Source: a virus (Duplodnaviria; Caudoviricetes). From it: a stretch of 63,717 nt of DNA. Position 1 is the stretch's first letter. The number at the start of each line of letters is the position of its first letter. Below are positions 17,700-27,006 of the stretch, in pieces. The notes beneath the pieces are model-generated. The model had not been told where the DNA came from. It searched no databases and saw only the letters and a list, made by a program, of their open reading frames with translations. The DNA lies in the IMG/VR virus record IMGVR_UViG_3300030376_004081, positions 1 to 63,717 of that record. The stretch is one strand, 5' to 3'. The position numbers and the translations under genes are program-made.

Positions 17700-18463
17700 A
17701 ATTTACAATTGATAGTGATACATTAAAGAAAGCATTAGAAAGCGTTCAAGTAAAAGGAAGAGGAACAACAAATAACGGATTTGGTTCAACTAATTTTGGG
17801 ACTTATGCGTATATTGTTGCCGATACTACTTCTATTGAAGTATGGAATGGTAATCCTACCTTTTGTGTCAAACTTGTTATTGACGCAGAAGTTGAACAAC
17901 AAGGTAGGGTTTGTATTGATAGCGCAACAGTTATTCCTTATCTAAAGAATTTTAGTGGTGAAGATATTAATTTTTCAGTTAATGACTTTGTTCTCCTTAA
18001 TTGCGGAACAAAGAAGGCATCTATACCTTTGGTTGTAAATCACCCAAATGCAGACGCTATTTCAAGACTTAAAAATATGTTGAACCCTGTTTATTATACA
18101 ATACAACCACAGATTCTTTTTAACTTTGGTAAGTCAAAGTTTGAAGGAGCATTTACACTAACACAACGACAATTGCAGGACACAATTAAAGCCTGTGAAT
18201 TAGTTAAGAGTGGGGTGTATAAGTTTGATTTTAATGAAGGAGTGTTGAATATCTCAACACGACAAAATGTCACAAACAAATACGAAGAAACAATAACTCC
18301 TGCTTTTCCTACGGGAGAACCTGCTACGGTGGAGTTTAGTTCGCCAATCTATGCTTTCTTTGAGAAAGACCAGATGCTTAATATTTATATGAAGGACAAT
18401 TTTCCTTTGTTAGTCGTAGCAAATGATAGAATGCTATTGAAAGCACCTCACATTTCAGGGTGA
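17696..18463 (+). CDS. pcn: DNA sliding clamp (PCNA-like)
   Basis: 255 aa, two-domain alpha/beta pattern, C-terminal PLLVV...MLLKAP; directly upstream of polB; PIP boxes present in partner proteins; TTG start. Confidence 0.75.
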   Translation: MKFTIDSDTLKKALESVQVKGRGTTNNGFGSTNFGTYAYIVADTTSIEVWNGNPTFCVKLVIDAEVEQQGRVCIDSATVIPYLKNFSGEDINFSVNDFVLLNCGTKKASIPLVVNHPNADAISRLKNMLNPVYYTIQPQILFNFGKSKFEGAFTLTQRQLQDTIKACELVKSGVYKFDFNEGVLNISTRQNVTNKYEETITPAFPTGEPATVEFSSPIYAFFEKDQMLNIYMKDNFPLLVVANDRMLLKAPHISG

Positions 18464-18469
18464 ATAATA

Positions 18470-20104
18470 ATGATAATTAGTAAAATGAATGATGGAAATA
18501 GAATATACAAATCTTGGAGAGAAAACGGAGAGAAGAAACATGAAATTGTTCCCTTTCGGCCTTACTTCTATGTTAAGGAAGATAGTACAGAACCTTTTGA
18601 GTATAGACCTTCTAAATATGTTTCTAGGGAGTTTGAGTATATTCGTGGCGACTGGGTTAATCTTAATAATGAGCCATTGAAAAGGGTTAATGTTGAATCT
18701 TCACATGATATTAGAAAGGCAAAGGATATGTTCGGTGAAACTTATGAAGCCGATGTTCCTTTTCACTTTAGATATTGTGTAGATGAATTAGATGAAATGC
18801 CTGAATATAAGATGCGTAAATGGTATTGGGATATGGAATGGGCGCAAGGTGGAGAACACCATGATAAGATTACTACTATTGTTGTTTATGATAATTACGA
18901 TGAAAAGTATTACCAATGGGCGTGGTTTCCTAATTATGAAGGAGAAGAGTATTTATTTTTTGATAATGAAAAAGAAATGCTTGAGTCTTTTATGCGAACT
19001 ATGATTGTAAAAGACCCCGATATGCTAATTGCATGGTTCGGGCATTTTGCAGATATTCCTAAGTTATTAGAAAGAGCCTGTGCAGTTGGTATTAATCCAT
19101 GCATTATGTCTCCTACTGGTTTCGTTAAAGGAATCAAGAAGATAAAAGATGGATATGAATTCAAGTATGCTGAAAAGGGATTCAGTCCTATTGAGCAACC
19201 TATTAATGGAAGAATTACTTTATCTTTAGATTTAGCATTTGAGAGACAATGGAATGATTCTCAAAGAGGAACGCTACCTTCAATGTCTTTAGATTATATT
19301 TCACAAGAAGTATTGGGTAAGAAGAAATTAGTATCGGAAAAGTTTCCTGACCCAAACGAATTTTATCGTAGAGCATGGCTTGAAGATACAGAAACATATC
19401 TAAAGTATGCCTTAGTTGATGTAGAATTAATGGTTGAAATTGATGAAATCAACTTTTGTAGTGAAGCAATTCTTTCTTTACAAAGATTACTCAAAGCACC
19501 ATTTGATGCTTGTTTTTATGCAAGCCATATGGGTTCTATTTACTTTATGCGAAACGCTTGGTGGAAAGCACCAACTGGTAGTAAAGTAGATAAAAGACAG
19601 GAATATGAGGGGGCTATGATTTATGACCCCTTAAGTGAAGGAACAAACGGATTACATCTAAATGTAGCCGCTTTTGATTTTGCTGGCCTATATCCTAGTA
19701 TGATGATTGCAAGGAATATTTCTTGGGAGACTAAATCAAATGACCCTACTGAATTTGGAGTAAACATTCTAACTCCTAGAGACTTCAGCGAAACAAAACA
19801 TGAGCAGATGTTATATTACAAAACAGATAAACTCGGACTACTACCGAGAGCCGTTCTTGAATTGAAGGAGTTGCGAAATGAATATAAACGACTGATGCGA
19901 GAGGCAAGAGAAACGGACAATGGCGAGTATGCTAAGTGGTATAACAATCAAATGGCGGTAAAGCGATTAATGGCCTCTTTTTACGGCATTGTTGCTTTTC
20001 AAGGATTTGGTTGGGCTGATGTAGATTTAGCCGCATCAATTACAGCAAGTGCAAGAGAAGCAATTAGATTAGCGGCATTTGCAGCAAAGGAGATGAAAAT
20101 ATGA
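18470..20104 (+). CDS. polB: Family B DNA polymerase, N-terminal subunit (exonuclease + motifs A and B)
   Basis: YEADV, ExoI WDME, ExoII WFGHFAD, ExoIII YALVD, motif A DFAGLYPSMM, motif B QMAVKRLMASFYG; stops before motif C. Confidence 0.93.
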   Translation: MIISKMNDGNRIYKSWRENGEKKHEIVPFRPYFYVKEDSTEPFEYRPSKYVSREFEYIRGDWVNLNNEPLKRVNVESSHDIRKAKDMFGETYEADVPFHFRYCVDELDEMPEYKMRKWYWDMEWAQGGEHHDKITTIVVYDNYDEKYYQWAWFPNYEGEEYLFFDNEKEMLESFMRTMIVKDPDMLIAWFGHFADIPKLLERACAVGINPCIMSPTGFVKGIKKIKDGYEFKYAEKGFSPIEQPINGRITLSLDLAFERQWNDSQRGTLPSMSLDYISQEVLGKKKLVSEKFPDPNEFYRRAWLEDTETYLKYALVDVELMVEIDEINFCSEAILSLQRLLKAPFDACFYASHMGSIYFMRNAWWKAPTGSKVDKRQEYEGAMIYDPLSEGTNGLHLNVAAFDFAGLYPSMMIARNISWETKSNDPTEFGVNILTPRDFSETKHEQMLYYKTDKLGLLPRAVLELKELRNEYKRLMREARETDNGEYAKWYNNQMAVKRLMASFYGIVAFQGFGWADVDLAASITASAREAIRLAAFAAKEMKI

Positions 20105-20274
20105 AAACAAAATACATTACAGTAAAAGTGTCCTATGACACAGAAGAAACATGGAATATTACTATGCAAGAAGTAAAAGAAATATTTCAAATGATGAATA
20201 ACCTCAAACGAAATGCAATCATTGTTGATATTGAACAAGGTGTGAATGAAAATGATGATGGACAAGACGAATGA
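20101..20274 (+). CDS. Small protein inserted between the polB halves (57 aa; not in ORF track)
   Basis: MKTKYITVKVSYDTEETWNITMQEVKEIFQMMNNLKRNAIIVDIEQGVNENDDGQDE; ATGA overlap with the polB-N stop. Confidence 0.65.
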   Translation: MKTKYITVKVSYDTEETWNITMQEVKEIFQMMNNLKRNAIIVDIEQGVNENDDGQDE

Positions 20275-20383
20275 GTTATTAGAAGAATTGCTGGCTATGA
20301 TAGCAAAATCAAATAAGATATTGATGATGGTAAATATCGTGAACATAGCAACCATCATAACAATTATAACGGTGATATTATGA
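20252..20383 (+). CDS. Small membrane-anchored protein between the polB halves (43 aa; not in ORF track)
   Basis: MMMDKTNELLEELLAMIAKSNKILMMVNIVNIATIITIITVIL; hydrophobic C-terminus; ATGA-coupled to the next ORF. Confidence 0.6.
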   Translation: MMMDKTNELLEELLAMIAKSNKILMMVNIVNIATIITIITVIL

Positions 20384-20580
20384 GCAAAGAAATAAAAGAT
20401 TTAGAAAACAAAGTAGCAAACCTTGAACAAAAGATTAAGGGGCTAGAAAAAGACTTAGATGCGATTTACAACAAAGATACCAACATTATCAAAATGGTAA
20501 ATTGTATTCGTGATTTACAAGAAGAAGTGGCTAGGCTATCTGGACAACCTGTTGGAATACTATTTGACTATATGAGATGA
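20380..20580 (+). CDS. Coiled-coil small protein between the polB halves
   Basis: Heptad pattern IKDLENKVANLEQKIKGLEKDL; GGTGA RBS. Confidence 0.72.
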   Translation: MSKEIKDLENKVANLEQKIKGLEKDLDAIYNKDTNIIKMVNCIRDLQEEVARLSGQPVGILFDYMR

Positions 20581-20584
20581 TTAC

Positions 20585-21478
20585 ATGAAAGTAGTTTATG
20601 GACACACCGATTCAATTTATGTTCAAATTGAATCTGTTGAAAAGGCACAAGTCTCCATCAAGGAGATTGAAAGAAAAGTGCGAGAACATTTCCCTAATGT
20701 TATGCAACTTGATAATCACCCAGTAGTGCTAGAATTTGAGAAATATTATTCAGCATTGGGTGTAGGAACAACAAAAAATAGAAACGCAGGTTTAGTATCT
20801 TGGGAAGATGGTGAATGGTTAGACAAACCAAAATTCAGTATGACTGGATTTACGGCAAAGCGAGTTAGTGAAACAAAGTTAGCCAAAGAAGTTCAAACGA
20901 ATGCTCTCAAGATGTGGGTGGAACAAAAGAGTTATCCTGAAATTACTAAGTATTTGTATGAAACATTCAAATCAGTTAATGAAGGAGATATTCCTATTTC
21001 TGCTATCGTTAAGAGAAGCCGTCTAAGGCAAAACCGATTTATGGTGAAATGCCCCGAATGTAATGCGAAGTATCATTTGCGTGATTGTATCAAACTAAAA
21101 CATAAAGTTTGTGAAAAGTGTGCAACAGAAACGCACAAATTTAGAACTCTTGAAGGGAAGAAACCAACAATAGGTTCGGGTATTGCTGGAGTTTTATACG
21201 CTTGGGAAAAGAAAGACGCTAAATTTGATGACTCTTATCTCTTCTTAAAAGTAAAGAGAGTAAATGATTTTTATACGCATCCTTTAACGCAAGAAAGGCG
21301 TGATGTTGAATACTTATCAGGCATAACTTACGAGGATTTCAAGGGTTGTAGTCCCGATTGGGGCTTCTATTCCCAACAAGTAATCAAGAAGGCCGACCCT
21401 ATTTTCAAGGCTATGGGGTGGGATATATCGTCTATACGGACAGGAAAAATACAGGTTAGCCTTGACGAATGGTGGTGA
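20585..21478 (+). CDS. polB: Family B DNA polymerase, C-terminal subunit (motif C, thumb, Zn finger, PIP box)
   Basis: Begins MKVVYGHTDSIYV; LEFEKYY; CPEC...CEKC insert; C-terminal QVSLDEWW PIP box. Confidence 0.92.
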   Translation: MKVVYGHTDSIYVQIESVEKAQVSIKEIERKVREHFPNVMQLDNHPVVLEFEKYYSALGVGTTKNRNAGLVSWEDGEWLDKPKFSMTGFTAKRVSETKLAKEVQTNALKMWVEQKSYPEITKYLYETFKSVNEGDIPISAIVKRSRLRQNRFMVKCPECNAKYHLRDCIKLKHKVCEKCATETHKFRTLEGKKPTIGSGIAGVLYAWEKKDAKFDDSYLFLKVKRVNDFYTHPLTQERRDVEYLSGITYEDFKGCSPDWGFYSQQVIKKADPIFKAMGWDISSIRTGKIQVSLDEWW

Positions 21479-21484
21479 AATACA

Positions 21485-22396
21485 ATGAACAAAGATGAAA
21501 AATATGAAGCGAGAATTAACTCAATGAAAGAATTTACTTATGACTGGAAACCAGAAAATTACGATGACCCTTCAAAACCAATTTTGAAGATAAGTAAATC
21601 TTCATTAGTTAATTCTTTTGGTTGGTGTCCACAAAAATATGTATTTTCATATATTCAAAGACTACCCCAAGACCAAACAGAAGCCATGAGAAAGGGAACA
21701 ATTCTTCACAATAGCCGTGAAGATTTCTTTAATGAGTTTGATATTAAGAAAGCAGAACAAATGAACAATTCTGAAGTTCTTGAGTATTGTACCTCTCTAA
21801 TGCCTGTTGATGATTACTTTGATATTTCTTTAACAGTAGCGGCATTTGAAGCACAACGATTTATTGAAGCAAGAAGCGAAGATAGAGTAGATGAATATTT
21901 ACCAGTAATTAACGAGAGAAAGTTTGATTGTGAAATTACTGTGCGTAAGAATGGAAGTAAGAAATACCCGCTACAAAGAGACTATGTAGTACGACTACAA
22001 GGAATTATTGACCGAGTATTTATTGAGAACGGGAAATTAATTCCCTTTGAATATAAGACAGGCGGTTGGAAAGAAGGTAAAGAATCTTCTATGCGTCAAG
22101 AAATGGCTTTCTATCAATTGATGATTGAGAATGCACCCGAAGAAGTGCTTGAAAAACATGGTTTAACAAAAGATATGGAAGTATCTCATTGGGGTTGGTA
22201 TTATCCAGCCGCTAATCATATAACTGTTGAACCAGTTAAGAAGCGTTCAATGACAGCACTAAAGGATAATATAGCAAAGTTAATTCATTCTTATGAGCAG
22301 AATAATTTTGATGCTAAGTTTTGGCGACAAACTTGTTCACAATATTGTTCTTATTATGGTATTTGCCCTGCGGCACAAGAGGATGCGTGGCTATAA
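21485..22396 (+). CDS. Cas4/RecB-family PD-(D/E)xK nuclease with probable Fe-S cluster
   Basis: CPQKY, GTILH, GIIDRV, EYKTG, Q..FY and C-terminal CSQYCSYYGIC. Confidence 0.88.
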   Translation: MNKDEKYEARINSMKEFTYDWKPENYDDPSKPILKISKSSLVNSFGWCPQKYVFSYIQRLPQDQTEAMRKGTILHNSREDFFNEFDIKKAEQMNNSEVLEYCTSLMPVDDYFDISLTVAAFEAQRFIEARSEDRVDEYLPVINERKFDCEITVRKNGSKKYPLQRDYVVRLQGIIDRVFIENGKLIPFEYKTGGWKEGKESSMRQEMAFYQLMIENAPEEVLEKHGLTKDMEVSHWGWYYPAANHITVEPVKKRSMTALKDNIAKLIHSYEQNNFDAKFWRQTCSQYCSYYGICPAAQEDAWL

Positions 22397-22767
22397 TGAA
22401 AGAATTGATTGAAAAGAAAGTATTAGATAGGGATTGGACTTTTAATGAGATTTCTAATCTTAATGAAACAGTAGCAGCATTATCTCAGGATATTTATTCG
22501 GAGATGACATTAATTGAAAAATTTAAGTTAATTCAAGACCTAAGAATCAAAGACGACTATGTTGGTGCATATTTTGAAGATGTAGTTAAACTAACTGTAA
22601 TGACAGTATTAAATGGCGAAATCGCCCAAACAATCAAACAATTGCTCAACGGAGCAACAATTAATTTTGGAGGAAATAAAAATGAAATATCCGAGAGAAG
22701 TATGGGCGGGAAGCCACATAAAGAACGCACCTCAAATGAAAAGAAAAGTAGTCTTAGCGAGGAATGA
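22396..22767 (+). CDS. Hypothetical protein
   Basis: ATG at 22396 overlaps the upstream TAA (preferred over the track start 22321). Confidence 0.65.
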   Translation: MKELIEKKVLDRDWTFNEISNLNETVAALSQDIYSEMTLIEKFKLIQDLRIKDDYVGAYFEDVVKLTVMTVLNGEIAQTIKQLLNGATINFGGNKNEISERSMGGKPHKERTSNEKKSSLSEE

Positions 22768-23722
22768 ATATGCTGACTTTATTAATGCTCAAAATAACAG
22801 GACGAATGTATATACTACGGTCTATGATTTCCAACATTTTTCGGAGAAAGCGAAGATAGAATCATCAGTTATTATTGATAGAATATTTTTAGATTTTGAT
22901 GCTCACGAAGATGAATTGGAATTGGCTTGGAGAGATGTTAAAGTGGTGATGAATATGGTAATTAACAACAATTGGCTACATACCCTTTTCTTTTCAGGTC
23001 GTGGTTTTCATTTATTTTTGTTTGGTAAAAGAACCAATAATATGAGAAATGTCCAGACATTCTTTCGTGAAGTTAAAGAAAACCTATCTATAAAAGTAGG
23101 AAGAAAAAATACTCTTGATGAAAGAGTAGGACAAACAACAAGATTAAGAAGAGTCCCAAATACAGTTAATATGTCCTCTTCCGATGAAAACGGTAATCCT
23201 TATTATTGTGTTCCCTTGACAGTTGATGACCTTTCACTTAACCTTGAACAAATACTATCAATTGCTAAGAAGCCTCGCCATATCCCCTTCAAAAAAGGGG
23301 GAGAAAATGAGGTCTTGTTTCCCGAAGCACCCCCTATGGAGGCTTTAGGAGGGGCGGTTTCTGTGCCTGAAACAGTCGGAAAACTCCCAATGTTGCCTTG
23401 TTTGCATAATGCCGTAATGACGGAGAATCCTTCGCATATGTCAAGAGCATACCTAGTATCTTGGTATAGAGACTTAATATCAGGCTATCGTGATTTAACA
23501 ACGGGACAAGAGAAAATGAAAGTCCTTGAGTTAGTAATTGAAGAATTAGAAAGAGTATTTGCTGAATCCGATTCAGTATGGCTGGATTGGGATAAGAACG
23601 AAACAAAAAAACACGCTAGATTTACAGTATTCAATAACTACAATACTCCGCATTGTGATAAATTGATTAGTGATGGATATTGTGTAGGAAAATGTTGGAG
23701 GTATCATAATGTTGATAATTGA
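22682..23722 (+). CDS. priS: Archaeo-eukaryotic primase, PriS fused to a PriL-like Fe-S domain
   Basis: FLDFDAH, FSGRGFHLF, RLRRVPNT; C-terminal LPCL...HMSR...HCDKLISDGYCVGKC; GGAGG RBS before ATG 22682. Confidence 0.88.
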   Translation: MKYPREVWAGSHIKNAPQMKRKVVLARNEYADFINAQNNRTNVYTTVYDFQHFSEKAKIESSVIIDRIFLDFDAHEDELELAWRDVKVVMNMVINNNWLHTLFFSGRGFHLFLFGKRTNNMRNVQTFFREVKENLSIKVGRKNTLDERVGQTTRLRRVPNTVNMSSSDENGNPYYCVPLTVDDLSLNLEQILSIAKKPRHIPFKKGGENEVLFPEAPPMEALGGAVSVPETVGKLPMLPCLHNAVMTENPSHMSRAYLVSWYRDLISGYRDLTTGQEKMKVLELVIEELERVFAESDSVWLDWDKNETKKHARFTVFNNYNTPHCDKLISDGYCVGKCWRYHNVDN

Positions 23723-24398
23723 CTCAAGAGAAAAATCTAAATTAGCAAAACTGGTTATGGAGAAAGCAAGAGGTTTAAATGTTCAGTTTGAACAACGCTG
23801 GATTGAGATAGGAGATTATGTTTATGATGATGTTTGTTTTGAAGCAAAGTCTACAACAGATTTCTTAGGCTCAGTCATGTCAAAAAGACTATGGACTCAA
23901 ATTGACAACATGGATAGACACTATAAAACAAATGTAGTTATTATTCATGGAAGTCTTGATGAAGCAATTATGAATGTTATTCAAAACTCTCCCAGTAAAA
24001 TGCCCATAGGAACTAGAAGTATTATGCTAAATACTAAATTTCTGGGAGGAATTGGTAGGCTTATTCTTGATACAGATGTAAAGCCAGTATGGGTTGAAAC
24101 AGAAGAAGAAGCCGCTTTGATTATTACAGCAGTATGTAAAATGAAGCCAATGACGAGAGATGTTATTGCTCCTCAAGTGTTTAAAAGATTAACAACTGAC
24201 GATTTACGCTTAGATTTACTAAGCAGTATTAAAGGAGTTTCAATTAAAAAAGCGAAACAACTAATAAAACAATATGGCTCTATTATGGAAATAGGTGAGT
24301 GTTCAGCATTTGAATTACAAGCCATTGAAGGTATCGGAGAAACCTTAGCCAAAAGAATAATCTCCACATTAAACTCAGAAGAGAAGGTGAAAATATGA
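23709..24398 (+). CDS. ERCC4/XPF (Hef/Mus81-like) nuclease with HhH motifs
   Basis: IIDSRE, IGDY, FEAKS..DF; tandem HhH IKGVSIKKA and IEGIGETLA. Confidence 0.9.
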   Translation: MLIIDSREKSKLAKLVMEKARGLNVQFEQRWIEIGDYVYDDVCFEAKSTTDFLGSVMSKRLWTQIDNMDRHYKTNVVIIHGSLDEAIMNVIQNSPSKMPIGTRSIMLNTKFLGGIGRLILDTDVKPVWVETEEEAALIITAVCKMKPMTRDVIAPQVFKRLTTDDLRLDLLSSIKGVSIKKAKQLIKQYGSIMEIGECSAFELQAIEGIGETLAKRIISTLNSEEKVKI

Positions 24399-25858
24399 AT
24401 GAAGAATATAATGAAGAAGAATATATGGAAATACTAGAAGAAAACAACGGTGTTTTTAGTGGAGCATTACCAAAGGTAGTGCAAGAGTTTCAAAAATCAG
24501 CAGTTGAAGTATCACATTACAATGATATTCCTGCTGGTATTTGTTTCTTTAATTTGTTGGGTCAAATAGTAAAAGACTTTATTACAATCCCTAACGGAAG
24601 AAACCATGAAGATACTAGAATACACTTTTGTTGGGTTCAAACAAGCGGAACGGGCAAATCTACTATGTGGAATTTTGTTGGGCCAGTTGCTAATAAAACA
24701 TTTCAATTGATTAATGATAGCAACAAACACCCACCATTTGTAAGAAACAACTTACCAATGAATCGTATTTTCAATACATTCGGAGTGACTGATTATACTG
24801 ATTCTGTTTTAATCGGTGGATATGATAAAGAAATTGATGATGATGGAGAAGTTGAATATAATAGACGGCCTGGAGTTTTAGAAGGAAATGGCCTCGCTCA
24901 TTGGGATGAATTTGAGTATTCTGGTATCTTTAAACAAAGCCAACACAAAGAAAATTCAATTGTATATCTCAATACTTTAATGAACTCCTTATCGGGAGAG
25001 TCTTGGATTATTTCAAAGGCTTTAACTTCTTTTGGTGGAATGGTTATGGAATGTTTCTGTGAGCGTTCAGTATTGGCTATGACTTACCCCCCAACAAACC
25101 TAAACGATGTTATGGCGGAAAAGGGTGTTCTTCAAAGAATGCTATTATATGTATGGGATGTTCCTGAGTTTATTCAACATAAAATGCGTCTTGAACAAAT
25201 AGACAAAGCAGGTACAGTTGAAGATGTTAATTCTCCTATTGATAAATATGCTCAGGCTTTATTCAAACTCTATGTTCTTACTCAAGAACGATTCAATGAA
25301 GTTGGTGGCGACCCACTTAAAACAATAAAATATAGTCCAGAATTTAATCAAAATCTTAAATTAGAATATGAAAACATGAGAAGATATATTCAATCTTATC
25401 CTTCCCATGTTACGAAAATTGCGGGTAATTTTACTACCCGTTTAATGAAAATCCTCCTAAAGATGTCTGTTCTATGTAGTGTAGCATCTGCTCCTCAAAT
25501 TAGAGATAAAGACCAACAATTCGTTGTTTATGGTCATCATGTGCTTCAAGCCTCAACAATCATCCGACAATGTTATAGGTCATTGGTGGATTGGCTAACT
25601 GATAGCCTCCGAGCCAAGCGTAAGAGCATAGCCGAAAACTCGCTTGAATCAGTCTTTATGGATATATACGCCAAAATGAAGAAAGATGACGAAGGTTTTG
25701 TCAATAAAACAACACTCTTAACAGAAGTCCGAACCAAAGCGAAAAAATCAAGAGCACAGGTATATCGGCATTTTGATGTAATTAGACACAAGTTTGAGGA
25801 ACAAAAAGGTGCAAGTAATAGGACTTATGTTAAGTTAATACGGAGTGATGAAGAATGA
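24395..25858 (+). CDS. AAA+ helicase (MCM-related / YfjI-like), probable replicative helicase
   Basis: Walker A QTSGTGKST, Walker B HWDEFE, KGVLQRMLLY; C-terminal winged-helix-like segment; no MCM N-terminal Zn/OB domain seen. Confidence 0.72.
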   Translation: MNEEYNEEEYMEILEENNGVFSGALPKVVQEFQKSAVEVSHYNDIPAGICFFNLLGQIVKDFITIPNGRNHEDTRIHFCWVQTSGTGKSTMWNFVGPVANKTFQLINDSNKHPPFVRNNLPMNRIFNTFGVTDYTDSVLIGGYDKEIDDDGEVEYNRRPGVLEGNGLAHWDEFEYSGIFKQSQHKENSIVYLNTLMNSLSGESWIISKALTSFGGMVMECFCERSVLAMTYPPTNLNDVMAEKGVLQRMLLYVWDVPEFIQHKMRLEQIDKAGTVEDVNSPIDKYAQALFKLYVLTQERFNEVGGDPLKTIKYSPEFNQNLKLEYENMRRYIQSYPSHVTKIAGNFTTRLMKILLKMSVLCSVASAPQIRDKDQQFVVYGHHVLQASTIIRQCYRSLVDWLTDSLRAKRKSIAENSLESVFMDIYAKMKKDDEGFVNKTTLLTEVRTKAKKSRAQVYRHFDVIRHKFEEQKGASNRTYVKLIRSDEE

Positions 25859-26085
25859 AATGGGAAAACACATATTTAGTTTTTGAAGTAGCAAAAGGGC
25901 CAAAAGTAATTATAGATACATTAAACACTTATGGGGATGATGGATGGGAATGTTGTTCTCAACTAATTGTTGCTGGTTCACAAATTGTTTGCTTTTTAAA
26001 GCGAAGAACAGATGTTGATGAAGAACCTAAAGTGGATAAAGAAGCCGCTAAGATTAGTAAACTTTGGTCTAATACCAGCGAGTGA
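25855..26085 (+). CDS. DUF4177-like small protein
   Basis: MKWE...LNTYGDDGWE...FLKR pattern. Confidence 0.7.
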   Translation: MKWENTYLVFEVAKGPKVIIDTLNTYGDDGWECCSQLIVAGSQIVCFLKRRTDVDEEPKVDKEAAKISKLWSNTSE

Positions 26086-26684
26086 GTTTAATGTCAGTTC
26101 TAGCAATTGACTTAGAAACCAAAAATATGTCTTATGACATTGGCGGTTTCGGGAATACTCATATGTTTCAGGTATCAACCGTTGCTACTTGGGATGGAAA
26201 GAATGGGATAGTTTATGTTGATGAGCCTGTTAATTCGTTTGCTAAATCTGGTCATGTAGTTAAATCTTTAAGTGAACTTAAATATGACTTAGATGAACAT
26301 TTTCAAAAAGGTGGCCTATTGTTAGGACACAATATTAAAGGCTTTGATTTACCTATTCTTAGAGACTCAATGGATATTTATTGTATCAATAAGTATATCA
26401 AAGACGAAAAATTTATTGATACTTCAAGAATCCTGTTAAAAGAGCATGGTGAAAGATTTCAATTAAAAAATCTTGTTAAATGTACTATGAATGATTTTAA
26501 ACTCATGGATAGTGCAGATGCTCCTAAGTTATGGAAGATGGGTCAATATGATGAAGTAGTTGAGTATTGTATGAAAGATACTCAATTAGTTTATGACCTT
26601 TGGAAGTATGGACAAGATAACGGAATAGTAAAGGCTTTTTCTTTAGAAAAAGGAGAACACAAAGAATTGGAGGTGAAATGGTAA
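26082..26684 (+). CDS. DEDD-family 3'-5' exonuclease (RNase H-like)
   Basis: AIDLET, GHNIKGFD, EYCMKD. Confidence 0.85.
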   Translation: MSLMSVLAIDLETKNMSYDIGGFGNTHMFQVSTVATWDGKNGIVYVDEPVNSFAKSGHVVKSLSELKYDLDEHFQKGGLLLGHNIKGFDLPILRDSMDIYCINKYIKDEKFIDTSRILLKEHGERFQLKNLVKCTMNDFKLMDSADAPKLWKMGQYDEVVEYCMKDTQLVYDLWKYGQDNGIVKAFSLEKGEHKELEVKW

Positions 26685-26827
26685 TGACTGGCTGGGAATG
26701 GTTTGGTTTATTTGCTTTTCTCGTCATTTTGATGCTTCTCTTCTTCGCTGCATTTGGTGGAACAAATATCACCGATGAAAGCGTTGAAGAATACATGAAG
26801 CGTCTAATGGGCGAAGATAGCAAGTGA
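26684..26827 (+). CDS. Small membrane protein (47 aa; not in ORF track)
   Basis: MTGWEWFGLFAFLVILMLLFFAAFGGTNITDESVEEYMKRLMGEDSK; GGAGGTGA RBS. Confidence 0.7.
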   Translation: MTGWEWFGLFAFLVILMLLFFAAFGGTNITDESVEEYMKRLMGEDSK

Positions 26828-26831
26828 TTAT

Positions 26832-26975
26832 ATGGGATTAAAACAAGAATGTTTCTACTGTAAAGAAAAGACAGTAGCAAGAAGATTACTTGGGTTTTAT
26901 GTAGGTTCTACTGAACAAGTAAAATTGTGGGAATGTAGAGCCTGTAAAGCCATTTGGTCTGAAAAGATTAATTGA
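26832..26975 (+). CDS. Zinc-ribbon microprotein (47 aa; not in ORF track)
   Basis: MGLKQECFYCKEKTVARRLLGFYVGSTEQVKLWECRACKAIWSEKIN; CxxC...CxxC..W. Confidence 0.72.
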   Translation: MGLKQECFYCKEKTVARRLLGFYVGSTEQVKLWECRACKAIWSEKIN

Positions 26976-27006
26976 GGGGGAGCGTATGCTCCCTCTCTTT
27001 TTTTTT
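26974..27006 (+). terminator. Hairpin plus poly-T terminator ending the + strand module
   Basis: GAGGGGGAGC-GTAT-GCTCCCTCTC (10-bp stem, one G-U pair) followed by T9. Confidence 0.85.

Noticed and set aside
20104-20585. Intein, intron or frameshift/pseudogene explanation for the polB break
   Set aside because: No Cys/Ser...His-Asn intein ends and no recognisable group I/II intron. The gap is filled by coupled ORFs, and both halves are intact.
21485-22396. Cas4 as a sign of a CRISPR-Cas locus
   Set aside because: No repeat-spacer array or other cas genes; stand-alone Cas4-like nucleases are common in viral replication modules.
22321-22681. Longer track starts for ORFs 22321..22767 and 22613..23722
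   Set aside because: ATG 22396 is coupled to the upstream stop and ATG 22682 has a GGAGG RBS; the extensions are just overlap with neighbouring genes.
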